Source of the DNA: the human T2T-CHM13v2.0 reference genome, Homo sapiens | Direction: 5' to 3' (one strand) | Length of the DNA stretch: 64,000 nucleotides | NCBI RefSeq assembly: GCF_009914755.1 | Contig: NC_060929.1 | Shown: positions 1 through 14,100 of the stretch, in pieces | Position numbering within the stretch: position 1 is the first letter of the stretch | Layout: each line of letters begins with the position of its first letter | Notes under the pieces: generated by a model | Seen by the model: only the letters and a program-made list of their open reading frames with translations | Told to the model about the DNA's origin: nothing | Database searches by the model: none | Translations under genes and position numbers: made by a program

Positions 1-343
1 AGATGTATGCTATTTATCCTCTCTGCCAGGAGGATTTCAGCTGTGTGGTGTAGATCAGCCTAGTTAGAAAAATTGGCTAAGATTCTTACATTGTCTGGCA
101 TTCTTACAAGTAGAGGAGAGGAATTTTTCCTTCCTTTCTTTCTTCCTTCCTTCTTCCTTTCCTTCCTTCTTCTTTCCTAAAATATTTTCTTTTTAGAGTA
201 CTACTCTTGTTTTCTTTTATAAAAATATATTCTGCTTTAAAATTCAGCATCTTTCTTCATCATATTGCCTTCAATGCTTTCCTTTTATTTTCTTTGCAAG
301 TCCTTTTTTAAAAAGTGTTTCTACTTTGGTTTGACTCTTTTTG

Positions 344-438
344 CTTTAATATTTAAAAATTTGCTTAATATTTTTAAAATCTTTAATATTTAAAAATTTG
401 CTTAATATTTTTAAAATCTTAATATTTTAAAAATCTTT
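344..438. repeat. 37-bp AT-rich tandem duplication (2 perfect copies plus a partial copy)
   Basis: ctttaatatttaaaaatttgcttaatatttttaaaat occurs at 344-380 and 381-417, followed by a degenerate partial copy. Confidence 0.9.
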
Positions 439-729
439 ACAGTTAATTCACCATTTAAACTATTAACATATGTTTATGTTTGTGCTCCTTTAATCATTAC
501 TTAAAAATATTTACTAAGTAACATATTTCTAAGAATCATCCTTCACAAGTTTTACGCTGCAAAGACACCATCCCTCCTCTTGGCCTCCCTCAGTTTCACC
601 CTTACTTGTTGTTTTCTTCTGTGCCCCCACCTCCACATGCCTTCGGCAGAAACAAGCAAATGTGCTATTGCATAGATAATCTCAGTATCTCACTTGATCA
701 CCCTTTGCTTTATGATAGTTTTTCATTAC

Positions 730-1140
730 CATCTTTCTTTTTCCTCCAGCTCAGCCAGACCTCATACTTCCGCAAGCTGTTGCTTTGGCTCTTCCTTCTG
801 TCTCAAATGCCCAATGCCCAGGTATCTGCTTAGTCGACCTTCATTTACCGCCTTAAGATTTTCAATGAGCTCTTGCCACCTTAGTTAACACTATCATTTC
901 CATTCCCTCCCTGGTGCCACATTTTTTTTTCTTCCATAGCATTTATCACTTTCTCACATGCTACGCAACTTCATCATGTGTTATACATATTATTTATTCT
1001 TTGTTTCCCCAATAGAATATAAGCTGTACAAGAGCAGGGATCTTTGTCTTTGTGGTTAATAGGTGTATCCTAAGTGCCGGGATAGTGATGGGACCATATT
1101 ACATCTGTTTACCTATTTTTGAATAGATGCATGAACATAC
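730..1140 (+). mobile_element. L2 LINE 3' end fragment
   Basis: tagaatataagctgtacaagagcagggatctttgtc...gtatcctaagtgccgg...gaatagatgcatgaa resembles the L2a 3' terminus. Confidence 0.7.
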
Positions 1141-2729
1141 ATTTTTTTTAAATTAATCAATATGTCATATGTCAGTTGAGTACTACCCACTACTAATGAC
1201 TGGTTTATGTTACCTTCAATATTATTTCAAAATCTATAAGCTTCTAAGAACCTCTTCACAGTTTGTCAAATATGGAAATTTATAAAAATTTACTTGGCTG
1301 TTTTTCTCAGAAGTGTATAGTAATTGATAACTTACAGTATATTCCTCATATTTTTATAATTTCTGTATTTATAATAACTAGAATTAGTATCTTTTATTTT
1401 TATTATTATAAAACAATATTTTCTGTTAGCAAGAAAGAGGCAGTTAACTATTCTGTAAGTAGGTGAAAACTATTCAATGAGAGTATTAATTGAAGTACCT
1501 TTCTTCTCTTATACCCATGTCACTTTTTAAAGGTTTTCATAGTATTAGATCTGCAAAGTTCTAACTTATTGTAATTGAGTCAGGGAGCAAACTGACTTCT
1601 CACTAATTTACTTATGACTGAAACATCATTTTCAGAACCTGAAGTCACACCCAAGCCATCAAGGTACATATTTAGTATCTGTTATTTACTGGTCAAATGC
1701 CTAAGGTGAAAGAAATACCAGTTGGAATGCTGAACTTGAGAATTTAAATCTTTGAACTGCCATCATATTATCTTCTATAGGATACGTAAATATTAACTGG
1801 TATAGTGATTTACAATTATTGGAAGGCTACCATTTGCTAATTTACCATTAGAAATATTGTTCCTTTTGGAAAGTAGATTGCAGAGTCATTGATATGTTAA
1901 TTAAATTATTTGGCAACTGTTACATGTCAATACAATGACAGAGAAATTATCAAAAAATGACTCGTATATTAGCAGTTTTTGTCTTTGCTAACACTTATAC
2001 ACAAATAATGAATATTTCAAAAATCATAAGTGAATTGTGAATACTTGTTTTTAATGTCTAGCTAGTCTCACATGACTCTAATAAAACAATAAAATAACTC
2101 ACTTTAGGTCATTTTGCTAATGCTACATGACGTCGATGTTAGAAGGAAAATTGTTCATCATGCCACTTCAAGGCAGATCCACAGGAGTTATATTTTACTT
2201 CTGGTGGTAACTATGGTTTTTTTTCAGCTTGTAATTGAATAAAATGTCAAGAAAGAGAATGCCTCTAAGTAAAATACAATACACATTAACTCAAAATTTA
2301 CTAAAAAAAAAAATGCTAACTTGCTGTTTTCCTAATATGGATCATAGGTTTACTTAAGGGTACTGAAAGCAGAAATGGTATTACATGTTGTCAAGAGGGC
2401 AAAAATTGTTGAAACATGTCGCCTCATAAAGGAGAACAGGAATGTTTTACTTATAAAATTATATGTATGGAAAGGAAAAACAAATCTGTTAAATGATATA
2501 GCAGAACATCTTTCTACACTTGCAATTGTATTTTCAAATTTCATAAAAATTCATTATTATAGACCTGGACCACATAGGTAATAGTTAAATTTTACATTTA
2601 GAAGAGTTGTGCTTATTAATTTTTTCATTGTCATAAATAATTATAATATAATTTCTAATATTCTAATATCTGGGACAAAGAAACAAAAAGAAATCTTCTA
2701 TTTTGTGGAATTGAGAGGGTTGATATTAA

Positions 2730-3150
2730 AAATAGGTTGGAACTCTGATTTAAAGAACTGATTGAATAGTTAGATATTGGTCATGAGGGGATGGGGGAGA
2801 CTTAAGATTGCTTGCAGGCATGAAACCTAGGTGACTAGTGAAGTGATTGTGCCATTCTCTCAGATAAATAAAAATGATAACGTAAGGTGCATGAGCAAAA
2901 ATGGGTGAAGGTGTTTATGAAGCAAGCAGGAAGGGGTGACATAGGACTCTGAAATATGCAGATCTGGAGCTGTGGAGAAAGATAGGAAAGAAATGATCTG
3001 AGCCATTAACTGAAGCAAGAGAGAGGATGGAGAGAGGGAGGGAGGAAGTGGGAAAGACAGAGAGAGAGACAGACAGGGGTGCGGGGAGAGAATATAGATG
3101 AGAGAAAAATTGAGTCACAGAAAGAAACGTTTCAAAGTGGTGCTGAAGTA
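2730..3150 (-). mobile_element. L2 fragment
   Basis: Purine-rich antisense L2-like blocks (gattgaatagttagatatt...gtgattgtgccattctctcagata); heavily diverged. Confidence 0.5.
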
Positions 3151-3401
3151 TCAGCTGAAGTCATTGCTTTAACATAAATTTACTTTGCACTGTACACACT
3201 AAAGACCTGAGAAAATGGTTATTTTTTTTCCATGACACCAGAGCAAATATGCAAGAAAGAGAAGGAAAGTGAAGATGCCAAACACATTGGAAAAAGGCTG
3301 GTGGACAAAAGGAATGAAGCGCTTTGAGAAAGGAAAGGGAAAGGAAACAAGTATAATAAAAAATCAGCTGAGAGAAATGGAAGGGTGGAAAAATATCAAT
3401 A

Positions 3402-3700
3402 GACTGGATGAGGTGGCTCACGCCTGTAATCCCAGAACTTTGGGAAGTCAAGGCGGGCAGAACACGAGGTCAGGAGTTCGAGACCAGCCTGGTCAAGATG
3501 ATGAAACCCCGTCTCTACTGTAGATACAAAAAATTAGCTGGGTATGGTGGCAGCTACTCAGGAGGCTGAGGCAGGAGAATCGCTTGAACTCGGGAGGCAG
3601 AGGCGGAGGCTGCAGTGAGCCAAGATCGTGCCATTGTACTCCAGCCTGGGTGACAGGGCTACACTCCATATCAAAAAAAAAAAAAAAAAAGAAAGAAAAA
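3402..3700 (+). mobile_element. AluS (Sg-like) with a small internal deletion
   Basis: ggtggctcacgcctgtaatccca...cacgaggtcaggagttcgagaccagcctgg, A-rich linker, right arm and poly(A). About 16 bp are missing between ggtgg and cagctact. Confidence 0.95.
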
Positions 3701-5501
3701 CAATAGTATTGGTGAGTTTGAAGAATATTTTAAAGGGAAAGTAAGAAAGTAGCGAGCACACAAAAAATAAGACATCTTGTTGGATAATGGTCTATTTCTT
3801 GTTATATACAGTTTTAGAGAAGGAATAGGAATTTCATAAGAAATTTGAGAAGACAGATTGGATCTGCAGCCATCAACTAAGGTACCCACACTCAAGTCTG
3901 ATGTTGAACGACTTTTGTGTATCCAGTTATCTGAAGACAGAACAGATAACCAACTATCTGGGGACTCTCCTTCTAGCTGGGGTACTTAAATACAGCCATT
4001 TATGATTATAAGAAGTTTTGAAAAAGTAAGAACTTCCTTTCCAACTGAACAGAGAAAAAAGAGAACTTTAGGGACCTACTTTTGTTTGTTAGAGTATAAG
4101 AAATAAAGTGGTTTTGCTAGATGAGCGTAAGAGGTCAAGTCCTGTGGGTCCACGTGGTTGTTTGTGCCAAGGCTGTATAGAAAAAGAATGTTGGCCAAAT
4201 AGCAAACTCCTTGGTGAATGGCGTCGAGAAACCAGGAAGTGTGTTGGTGTCAATTACAAAATAAGAAAAGTATAGTTAGTATCAATATTCAGAAACTTAA
4301 ATAAGGATAATTTCATGGCCAAATGAAAAAAAATCATCATTGAGAGAAAGCAACACAGAGCATCACTGTCTATGTTCTGCAGTGTGTCATGTCATGAGCA
4401 CCCTTACTACAGAGACTGACAGGAATAAGAGGCAAGTTCGAACAGAGGGTCTTCAACTTCCCAAGTGACATTTTAAAGGTCCCAGCTGATGTCATGTGCC
4501 TGACAAGTTAATAGACATTAACCTGTGAGCAGTACAAGAAATAATCTTCTTGAGAACATGCCCTGGTGTCTCCAGAAAAAAATTTTAGTAACAAGAGGGG
4601 TTGTGTGTCGTGTAGAATGTGGACTCATCTTATGGACTTCTCTCTACTAATGGGGCCTAGGGATCTCACAATTTCATATTGAGGGACAGGCATGCCTTTA
4701 GAGAAGATTGTGAAAGTGGCCTTTCAGAGGAACTCTTCCCATACAGTGGACAGCAAGATTTGCAGATTTGTTCCATGAGTCATCCCAGGTTGCTTCCTGT
4801 CTCATCCTCCAGAACTAACTGCTAGTAGTTACCTGTATAAATAGTTGAATCTTCTCCCTCTTCTCCATGTCCACTTTATTTCCTCAGTTGTCCTCTTGAT
4901 GTCTCACCTGGACTATTGTAGTAGCTTCCAGGTTGATCTACCTCTGCATATACATGCTCATAGCTTTGTATCTGTTTTGAACTGAAAAGTTTTATAGAAA
5001 GGAACAATGAAATGATTGAGCCTGACAAGGACAGAGGATGGCCAGTGAAGGGACACTGTGTACCCTCCAGTATAGTCATTTTAAACTACCACCTATCACT
5101 TTGGACCAATTTTCCCATATCTGACTCCAATTGCCATTTTCTATTCTTTAGATTTTATTAAAAAAAAAAAAAAAGCATAGAGAGAAGGCTAATTTATCAC
5201 TACCCTGGAGTGATTTCTTAGGGGAAAAACACCTGCAATACTTGTATTTTCAAAAGAGAAGACTGTTTAAAGTTTTTTTTTTTTGGAGATAAATACTTCA
5301 GATGTGCAACATGGTACACATAAAAAGAATATCATATTATAAATAACAAACTTCATATTCTTGTTGTTTTCCTTTCTATATCTTACCTCTTGCTCTCTCA
5401 GAGATGTTCACATCAGGAACAAATAAATGAAAGGAAAGACTAAAATAAAATTAAAGAAGAAAATAAGATATATACATCTATGTGTGTGCATGTCTGTGTT
5501 G

Positions 5502-5910
5502 TGTTGTTAGCTTTTGACATGTAATAACTCTCCCCAAAATCTAATGGGTTAAGATGATAACTAATTATTTAGCTCACAATTCTTCTTTCTTGTACTTTTG
5601 ACCTAATCTGGGCTTGGCTAATCTCGTTCACTCATCATCTGCAGTCGGTTGGCAGGTCAGCTCAGGGTGGCTGGTTCAGGATACATTGCTTCACACTCAT
5701 GTCAGCAGGTTATGTAACTGCCATCAAGAGCAAAAGGAGAGACTGGACCATGTGTCACTCATAATCCAACAGACCGTTTCAGTCTGCTCATGCAGCAGCA
5801 AAATTCCAAAGGCAGCAAGAGGTTTTCCAAATCTCTCCTTTCATCAAGTCAGCTTCTGCCTCACGGGCCAAAGTCCAGAATTAGTGTGAAGGGCACAACC
5901 CAATGTGTGT
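5502..5910 (-). mobile_element. Old MaLR LTR (MLT1 family)
   Basis: gttagcttttgacatgtaataactctccccaaaatctaatgggttaag...ctcacaattct resembles the antisense MLT1 terminus. Confidence 0.6.
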
Positions 5911-5944
5911 ATCCATTTAAAGAGCATCAAATTAATATGCTACA

Positions 5945-6980
5945 AAAGAATAAACTTAATAAATGTTGTGAAAAACATCTACAATAGAAACCAAAACATT
6001 GCTTTGTTAAATTAATGGAGATCAAAATAAATGGAGACATATTCTATGTTCATGTTTTAGGAGTCAATGCTGTAAAATGTAATTTCTCTCCAAAGTAATC
6101 AGTGAAATTAACACAATCCCAGTCACAAACGCAGCAGATTTTTTTTTTTTTTGATGAACTTGGAAAGTTCTTCCTAAAATATGTATGAAAATTCAAAAAT
6201 GTCCAGTTGTCTGGAAAAACAGTACTGTTGGGTAGCCTAAATTACCTGACATCAATAATTATTATAAACTAATTCTAATCAAGATTATACAGTGTTAGCA
6301 TTAAGGAAGGAAAAATGGATTAATAGAACCAAATAGAGAATACAGAAATACAGCCACACTTACACGGCCACATGATATTTGACAAAGATTCCAAAGCAGC
6401 ACAGAAGGAAAATAAAAGATTTTTCAGCAAATATTTCGTGACAGCTGGACATCCATATGGAATAAAATTAACCTTGAACTCTATCTCATTCTATGTACAA
6501 AAAGTAGACCATATGCCTAAACTTAAAAGCTAAAGCAAAAGGAGCTTAGGAGAAAACTAGTTTAGTAGGTTTTTGCCATAATTTCTAGTAGACAACATTT
6601 TCCTAGGACACAAAATGTAGTAAAAATAAGGGAAAAATGGATAACTTAGACTTCATCAAAACTAAACAATTTGCTCATCAATCGTCACCCTTAAAAATAT
6701 ATAAGAAAGTCACATTCTAGGAGAAAATATATGCACAACATAGTCTAGAAACATCCCCAATGGGCAAAAATTTGAACTGTTTCATTAAAATATGTAAATG
6801 ACTAATAAGCACTTTAAAAATGCTCATGCTCAACACCATTAGTCATAAAAGAAATGCAATTTAAACCACACCAAGCTACAAATCCCACAGAAAAGCTAAA
6901 ATGAAAAAGACTGAATGTACAAATGTTGGCAAGGCTGTGGAACAACCAGAACTCTCATCCATTGTTAGTGAGAATCCCAC
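5945..6980 (+). mobile_element. Old L1M fragment (3' part of ORF2)
   Basis: Decayed L1 ORF2 motifs: aaataaatggagacatattctatgttcatg, atttgacaaag, ctggacatccatatgg, aaatgttggcaaggctgtggaacaac. Confidence 0.8.
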
Positions 6981-7365
6981 AGAGTATAGAAGTTAATTAT
7001 TGTATGCCTATAAAAGATCTTTAACAAGCAGAATTCATTTAATGTTAAAAATTCTTCAACTTGCACTTAGCATTCTATTATCATTTTTCTTTTCGTATCC
7101 TAAATGCTCGTTTCTGATTTATTACAGGAAGCTGTATTCTCAACACCACTGGTGGCCTTGATGTGTACATGCACATGAGACAGATCCTTATTAACTCTTT
7201 AGAAACTTTCAGTGATACTGGAAATAGGAAAACCTTTAATTTGCTCATTTATTTGTGTATTTTCTGTGTACTAAACTTGCTACTGAAGACAACATTCTAT
7301 TTTATGTCACCTAAACCTCATGCCATCCAAGTAAATTACTGGTAAATTCTTCATCCCAAAGGATG

Positions 7366-8113
7366 ATTCCTGCTTAATTTATATAAACAGAAAACTTCTA
7401 GGTTTAGTGGACAAAAGACTAATTTGAATTATGAAAACAGAGAATCACAGCCCCTCAATCAATTTCCAGACTTGAGCCAGTTTACAAACCCAGAATCCCT
7501 TGAATGAAGGGGAGGCCGGGTCCCCTTGAGAAGGACCCCACTGCACTACTGACAATTTATTCTGTTAATTTTTCCACTAGCCATCCCCAAGGAGACCTCC
7601 AGCCTTCTACCAGGGTAACTGTGCACTGGGGAAAGGGAAATGATCAGACATTTTGGGGACTATTGGACTACTGGACTACTGACACTGATTCCAGGGGACC
7701 CAAAACATCACTGTGGTCCTCCAGTTAAGGTAGGGGTTCCTGGAGGTCAGAAAATTAATGGAGTTTTAGCTCAGTTCCGACTTACAGTGGGTCTCCGAAC
7801 TCATCCTGTGGTCATTTCCCCAGTGCCAGACTGCATAGTTGGCATGGATATACTTAGCAGCTGGCAGAAACCCCACATTGGCTCCTTGAGTGGTAGGGTG
7901 AGGGCTATTATGGTGGGAAAATCCAAATGGAAACCATTAGAGTTACTGATACCTAGAAAATTCGTAAATCAAAACCAATATCGCATCCTTGGAGGGACTG
8001 CAGAGATCAGTGCCACCATCAAGGACTTGAAAGAAGCAGAGGTGGTGATTCCCACCACATCCCCATTCAACTCTCCCATTTGGCCTGTGCAGAAGATAGA
8101 TGGATCTTGGAGA
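7366..8113 (+). mobile_element. HERV-L internal fragment (end of gag, protease, start of RT) with no LTR
   Basis: ORF 7640-8185 gives LTLIPGDPKHHCGPPVKVG...GMDILSSWQ...SPFNSPIWPVQKIDGSW. It is the reverse complement homolog of 22525-23278. Confidence 0.95.
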
Positions 8114-8507
<394 letters not shown>

Positions 8508-9114
8508 GGCTCATAGAGCACAAAATAAAAGCTGATTGTATTGCCTTCAGAACCAAATATGGCTTCACCAAAGAGAGGAATGTTTAACTGTGTCTTTGAA
8601 ATGAGCACTAGTTCCTTAGTTGGAGATGGCAACAAAGTCAGGAAGGAAAGTGAGCATGGTGCATTCAGACATCACAGACTTGAGGGCTGTGACTGAGGAA
8701 TAAGAATCCTAAGGTTCAGTGGCAGAAGGTGGGATCTCTAATGTTGGTTGAGAATATGTTGCAAAGGAGTTTCTAATGATATACTAATAGATGTATACCT
8801 CTCGGAAATAAACAGCCATGAACACCATTTAATTACTTATTTTACAGAGGAGTGGCATGGTTCTGTGTGAGGAAATTACCACTAGCTCAAAGCAAGGATG
8901 GAGAAAAGTGAGTGTTGTCATTTTAAACTAGTTAATATGGTTTAGAGATTATCAGTGATAAGCAAAGCTACACAGACACTAAACATATTTTTTTCTAAAT
9001 TTCGACAGAATATTATGTTAATTGGATTTACTTTTTCTGGGCTCTGTTGTCTTTGTCTACAATTTACAGGTGACTGCAAAACATAAAATTATAGTGTCCA
9101 AGCATACAATATTT

Positions 9115-9600
9115 TTATATTGCTACCAGTAGTTAGTACAAAAAAATTTGATGGCATAAACATAAAGCATGCATTACTTGTAGTCTACAAGTCATCTGGA
9201 GAAATCTCTGGGCCTTGACTGGGCTTACTTATGTGTCTGTGTGCAGCTGTAGGTGCACACCTAAGCTGACTACTCTTGGGCTCTGTCACATATTTTGCTA
9301 TAGTTTATTAGACAGCCTCATCTAGAAAAACTGACCTCCACTCCAAGATGCCTTTTATTATCCTGCAAGCTATGTCTGCCTCTTTATCAAGGTTAGCCTT
9401 ATAAATGACAGAACATCACTATCTCTATGTTCTATTGAAAGAAATAAGTCACAAAGTTGGCTCAAATTAAAGCCTTTAGAAAACTGATTTTGCCATTTGT
9501 GATAGTGGACAAAGTCCTATTGCAAAAGATTGTGGATGCAGGAAGGCATAACAATCTGGGTCACAATCAATCCACAATAGTATCTGTTTTCACTTTTCAA
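9115..9600 (-). mobile_element. Old MaLR LTR (MLT1 family), diverged
   Basis: ttgactgggcttacttatgtgtctgtgtgcagctg and ttctattgaaagaaataagtcacaaag resemble antisense MLT1F/G/H-type LTRs. Confidence 0.45.
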
Positions 9601-10067
9601 GTAAATCCCTACATGGTGATCATAAAAACAAATGCTCTCAGGATAAAGCAGAGAACGTGTGATATGAAAGAATTTGAACAATAGAGACATATGATGGCAA
9701 AATGGTAAGTAGATGGCTCTGCAAACACATTTCAAAACACAACTCCAAAAATAGTTGTTCTAGCTAAAGAAACACCTTTGAAGGAAATTTTGAGCCTTTG
9801 TTTATAATATTTCTTATTAAAGAAAGGCTATTTCGATCATAGAATATTACTTTGAACCACATAATTTGTGAATATCCATATTTAATAGTTTACTATCTAA
9901 TATTTTAGTCTACAACACAATAAATTGTACAGTGTAATAATTTATTTTATTTTTATCCCACTGCAAGTTTCACCCCTCCCTCAACCTGCTCACCATTGTT
10001 TAGTTTTATTATGCATTGTGAAATAATTACTCAAGCATAACATTTTTAATTTACTTATTTTGAGGAT

Positions 10068-10417
10068 TGTATTAGTCCATTTTCACACTGCTATAAAGAA
10101 CTACCTGAAACTGGGTAATTCATAAATTGACATAATTGTGAGCTTATTTGACTCACAGTTCTGCATGGCTGGGGAGGCCTCAGGAAACTTACAATCATGG
10201 CAGAAGGTGAAAGCAAGCACCTTCTTCACAAGGTGACAGGAGAAAGAGTGAAGGAGGAATGCCACACACTTTTAAACCATCAGATCTAGGGAGAACTCAC
10301 TCACTATCTTAAGAACAGCAAGGAGGAAATCTGCCCCATGATTCAATCACCTTCCAGCGGTCCCCTCCTACCATTTGACAAGAGATTTGAGTGGGGACAC
10401 AAATCCAAACCATACCA
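10068..10417 (-). mobile_element. MaLR solo LTR (THE1D/MSTA-like) with 5-bp TSD
   Basis: tgtattagtccattttcacactgctataaag...ggggacacaaatccaaaccatacca, with TSD aggat at 10063-10067 and 10418-10422. Confidence 0.92.
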
Positions 10418-10742
10418 AGGATTAATTGTAATGTGATCAACATACTTTAAGATGTATATCCATGCATTCTTCTTTTCAATTTTATCTTTCTAGTTATTGA
10501 AAAAAATTCCACATTTATTGTTCTGCTACTGACTGGATCCAATTAGAATTGCAAAGCAAAATGCTTAGGATACTTAAAAGTGATATAAATGTTAGAATAC
10601 TTTTTCTGAAAGCAGCTCCATAATACTGGATAATTACACAAATTAAAAAAAAAGTTGTAGTGTCAATAGCAGACTCTTGAATTTTTTTTAATAGGGACTT
10701 AGCAGAAACAATTTTTGCTCTGTCTTTCAATATACAGAATAT

Positions 10743-11101
10743 AGTTACGGTTTGAATGTGTTCCCAAAAAGCATATATTGGAAACTTAATTTCCAGGTGC
10801 AGGTGATGAGATCATAAGGGCTCTACCCTCATAAATGAATTGACATTCATATTACAGTAATAAGTTCTTTATCATGAGAGTATGCCTGCTATAAAAGCAA
10901 GTTCCACCCCCTCTGACTCACTTGTGCTTTCTTGCCCTTCCGCCTTCTGCTATGAGATGACAGCAGGAATACATTTGCAAGATGGGGGTTCCTTGATATT
11001 AGACTTCCCACCCTCTAGAACTGTAAGGAATACATTTATTTCCCTTATAAATTACCCAATACCATGTATTCTGTTATAGTAACACAAAATGGACTAAGAC
11101 A
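10743..11101 (+). mobile_element. MaLR solo LTR (MSTC/MSTD-like)
   Basis: gttacggtttgaatgtg...agaactgtaaggaatacatt...ataaattaccca...aacacaaaatggactaagaca. Confidence 0.85.
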
Positions 11102-14100
11102 AAAGTTGTATAATCTAACATTAACAGGCAGCCCACCAGAGACTATATCCAACAAAGTATATAGCAGCTCCACACAATGGAACATGGGCCATATGACACA
11201 TGAAGTAAATAGTAGCCATGTATTTACATGTTCCAAAGCCATTTGATTTATCTTCAAAATTCTAGAGATCTAGACTACTGAGATCTTGTTTGAAACAGAA
11301 ACAGAATATTGGCCTTAACAGTTAGTAAACTATAGTGAGACCCGGAGCAAGGTATTTCCCCCAATGCAAGTATATATATCTCTTTTTATTAAATTGTGTC
11401 TCCTCATTGTGCATGTACTTCATTTTATTAGTTACTTTAAAAAGTACTATTTGTTTAATTAAGAAATTTCTTCTTGGCAAGTCTGAACCTCAGCTATTGC
11501 AAACCTTTAGTAATTACTCAAATCACAACTAAAGATTTTTAATACTGACTATATATTCAGATATAAAGATTCTTGATTTAGAGCAATGTCATTATTTAAA
11601 ATATTGCTATGAGCACTTCAATACAACTTTAATTCTCCATGATATCATTTTGACTAGGGAATGTATGAAATACAGTTACCTAAACTCCTTACAATGGTAA
11701 ATAATTACGATTTGGCTCCACATTTCTAGGAACTTAGTTTATTTTGAAAAGTTGAGAAACATCCCAATTTTCTATGCTTTCATTTTGCAATTTTTCCAAT
11801 AGTTGGGAGAACCTATGTGGGTAATTGGAAAAACAGTAACACATTTTTCCTAATTGTTTTTCTAGATCAGGCTGAGGATCACTTAACATTTTTATGATTC
11901 AAGATGATTCAGGATAGAAATCAAATGTGTCATCATAATAAATTTAATATTTTTACTAAACTACTTATTTAATATATAGCTTACATTTACCTTTTCTACA
12001 AAACATTCTTCGATTTATCTGGACCTGCGTGATGTTGCTAATAAGTGGTCACAGTATGTGCTATTCTAGTGTCTCTTCCACCTGTCTGAAGGCATTAATT
12101 TCTGATAGACGTACATACTTCAATGATGTCCAAACATTAAGAGCTGTAATTGTAACCTAAGAAGGTTGAGTATTAGAACATGAATCAACGAAGTCTGAGA
12201 CTCTGTTTTTCACAAAATCATTATGAATTTTGATGATTCTAAATATTTAATACCCGATTTTCTTCTGTAAACCTAGAGGTAAGATTTTGTCACAAGACCT
12301 CTAGAAATTTCAACAGTAATTGTGCAGTGTGTTATATAAAATATGAGCTCAATGGTAGTGTTGATAATGTGCAGCATTATAAAGAGTTATGTTGTTTACA
12401 ATGTAATTATGTATATTGTTGAATACAATACACCTGTCATTTATAATATAATTGCTTATAATGCTGCACATTATCAACAATACCATTGATGGTTTATATA
12501 TATGTGTATATATATGTTCATTTATATTGATATATAATTTATGTGTTGTTCTGAGTTACCCAGATCTAAACACTTTGTGGTCTCCTAGAATATGCAACCT
12601 GCTACTGAAACGTGAATTCTGTCCCAAGCAAAGACACAACTAACAGAGATCCTTATTGTCAATTTTTTGGTGGTTTCCTAGTATAACTCACAAATAGCAT
12701 TTACATATACATGATGCACATGTAGGAGATGATAGAATTTGCAAATATTCTAGCTTTTATTGTATGCCCTATGCATGAAAATTGTTTGATTTACTATTTG
12801 GCACATCACAAAATCATTATAGTTTTCAACATTATACTCTCCCCTGTAGTGGCCATCTTATAGATGTTTAATATATTTGAGATAGTAATTTTTTGTAAAA
12901 GCATACTTTGTGATAAATGCTGTCTTGTATTCAGGCCAACAAACTTTTATTATTTCTTTATTACATGGAATCAAAAACTTTAAAAATGTATTTCTTTAAA
13001 GTGTCTCTGTGATTTCCAAAGCTGGAGTCTACAATAACTGTTTCTGCTTCCATTGAGAAGGCTGTCAAGTTAAAACTATTTAAGTAATACAGACAGAGCA
13101 GGTTTTGTGTGGATGTAATTTCCACTTTTTTTTTAACAGTTTATTGCCTGAGGAAAGGAAATATTTCACTAGAGTTGTCTAATACATACATAACACTGAC
13201 TATATGACAAATACAGCAAAGGAATATTGAGCACATCCTTCTTATTTTTAAGACTCTAGCATGTTCAATTCACTTGTGGGAGCAACCAACTCACTGATTT
13301 TATACATAGCCATCAATGTTAATAAAAAGAAGTCTTAATATTTCTAGATAAAGACTAAGCAGTCACAAATCCATTGTTACTAATTATTATAACTCCTTTC
13401 TCTACATTCCACCCTGGAAATTAAGGGCTACTAATAAAGTATTGAAGCCTGGAAGACAATCAGAGCAGAAATATGAGGAAATTTCAGAACACTACAATAG
13501 GACCAGAGGGAGAAAAAAAAATAGAGAGAGAAAGCAGTTGTATCTGGGAAGGTGTTACACGGATGTCTTCCAAAACCAGAGGAAAACCTCGCTATGCTGA
13601 AAGTTCCAGAAATTTGTAACTTCATTGCCTAAGACCTCATATCCTAGGGAAATGCTAACCATGTGATTCACTGGACTCTCTGACATGAAATTCAATTCAT
13701 CACTCTGATTTATTAAAATAACCTATGAGGGGAAAAGATTAAGCAACCTCAGATGAGATTTGGATGACATCCATAGCAGCTATTTATTATATTCAGAACA
13801 GACTTTTAACCAAAAATGTCAACTGCCAACAGCTGCTCTTATCAGGCAACACACACACACACACATACACACAGCACAAACTATTTTAACTCTTATCAGT
13901 ATCGCTAGATTTAAGAAAATGTACACCTTAAAAAACAGAAGAGTATCTGGTATAAAATGAAGGAAAAACAAAAGAAATTATATAATGAAAGATAATAATT
14001 TGCCACATTTACAATATATTAAGAGTTTTAAATTAGAGAACTAAAAGAATGGAGGGGAGAATTCCATTTAAAAATGGAATAAATTTTTCATCGTCTGAAG

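Noticed and set aside
1603-1669. Possible 28-nt micro-exon (ctaat branch, ttttcag|AACCTG...TCAAG|gtacat)
   Set aside because: Weak polypyrimidine tract and donor, length not a multiple of three, and no partner exons recognised; such matches are common by chance.
10120-10157. Short hairpin tgtgag-N9-ctcaca in an altered stretch of the THE1/MST LTR
   Set aside because: The stem is only 6 bp and cannot be distinguished from chance without an alignment.
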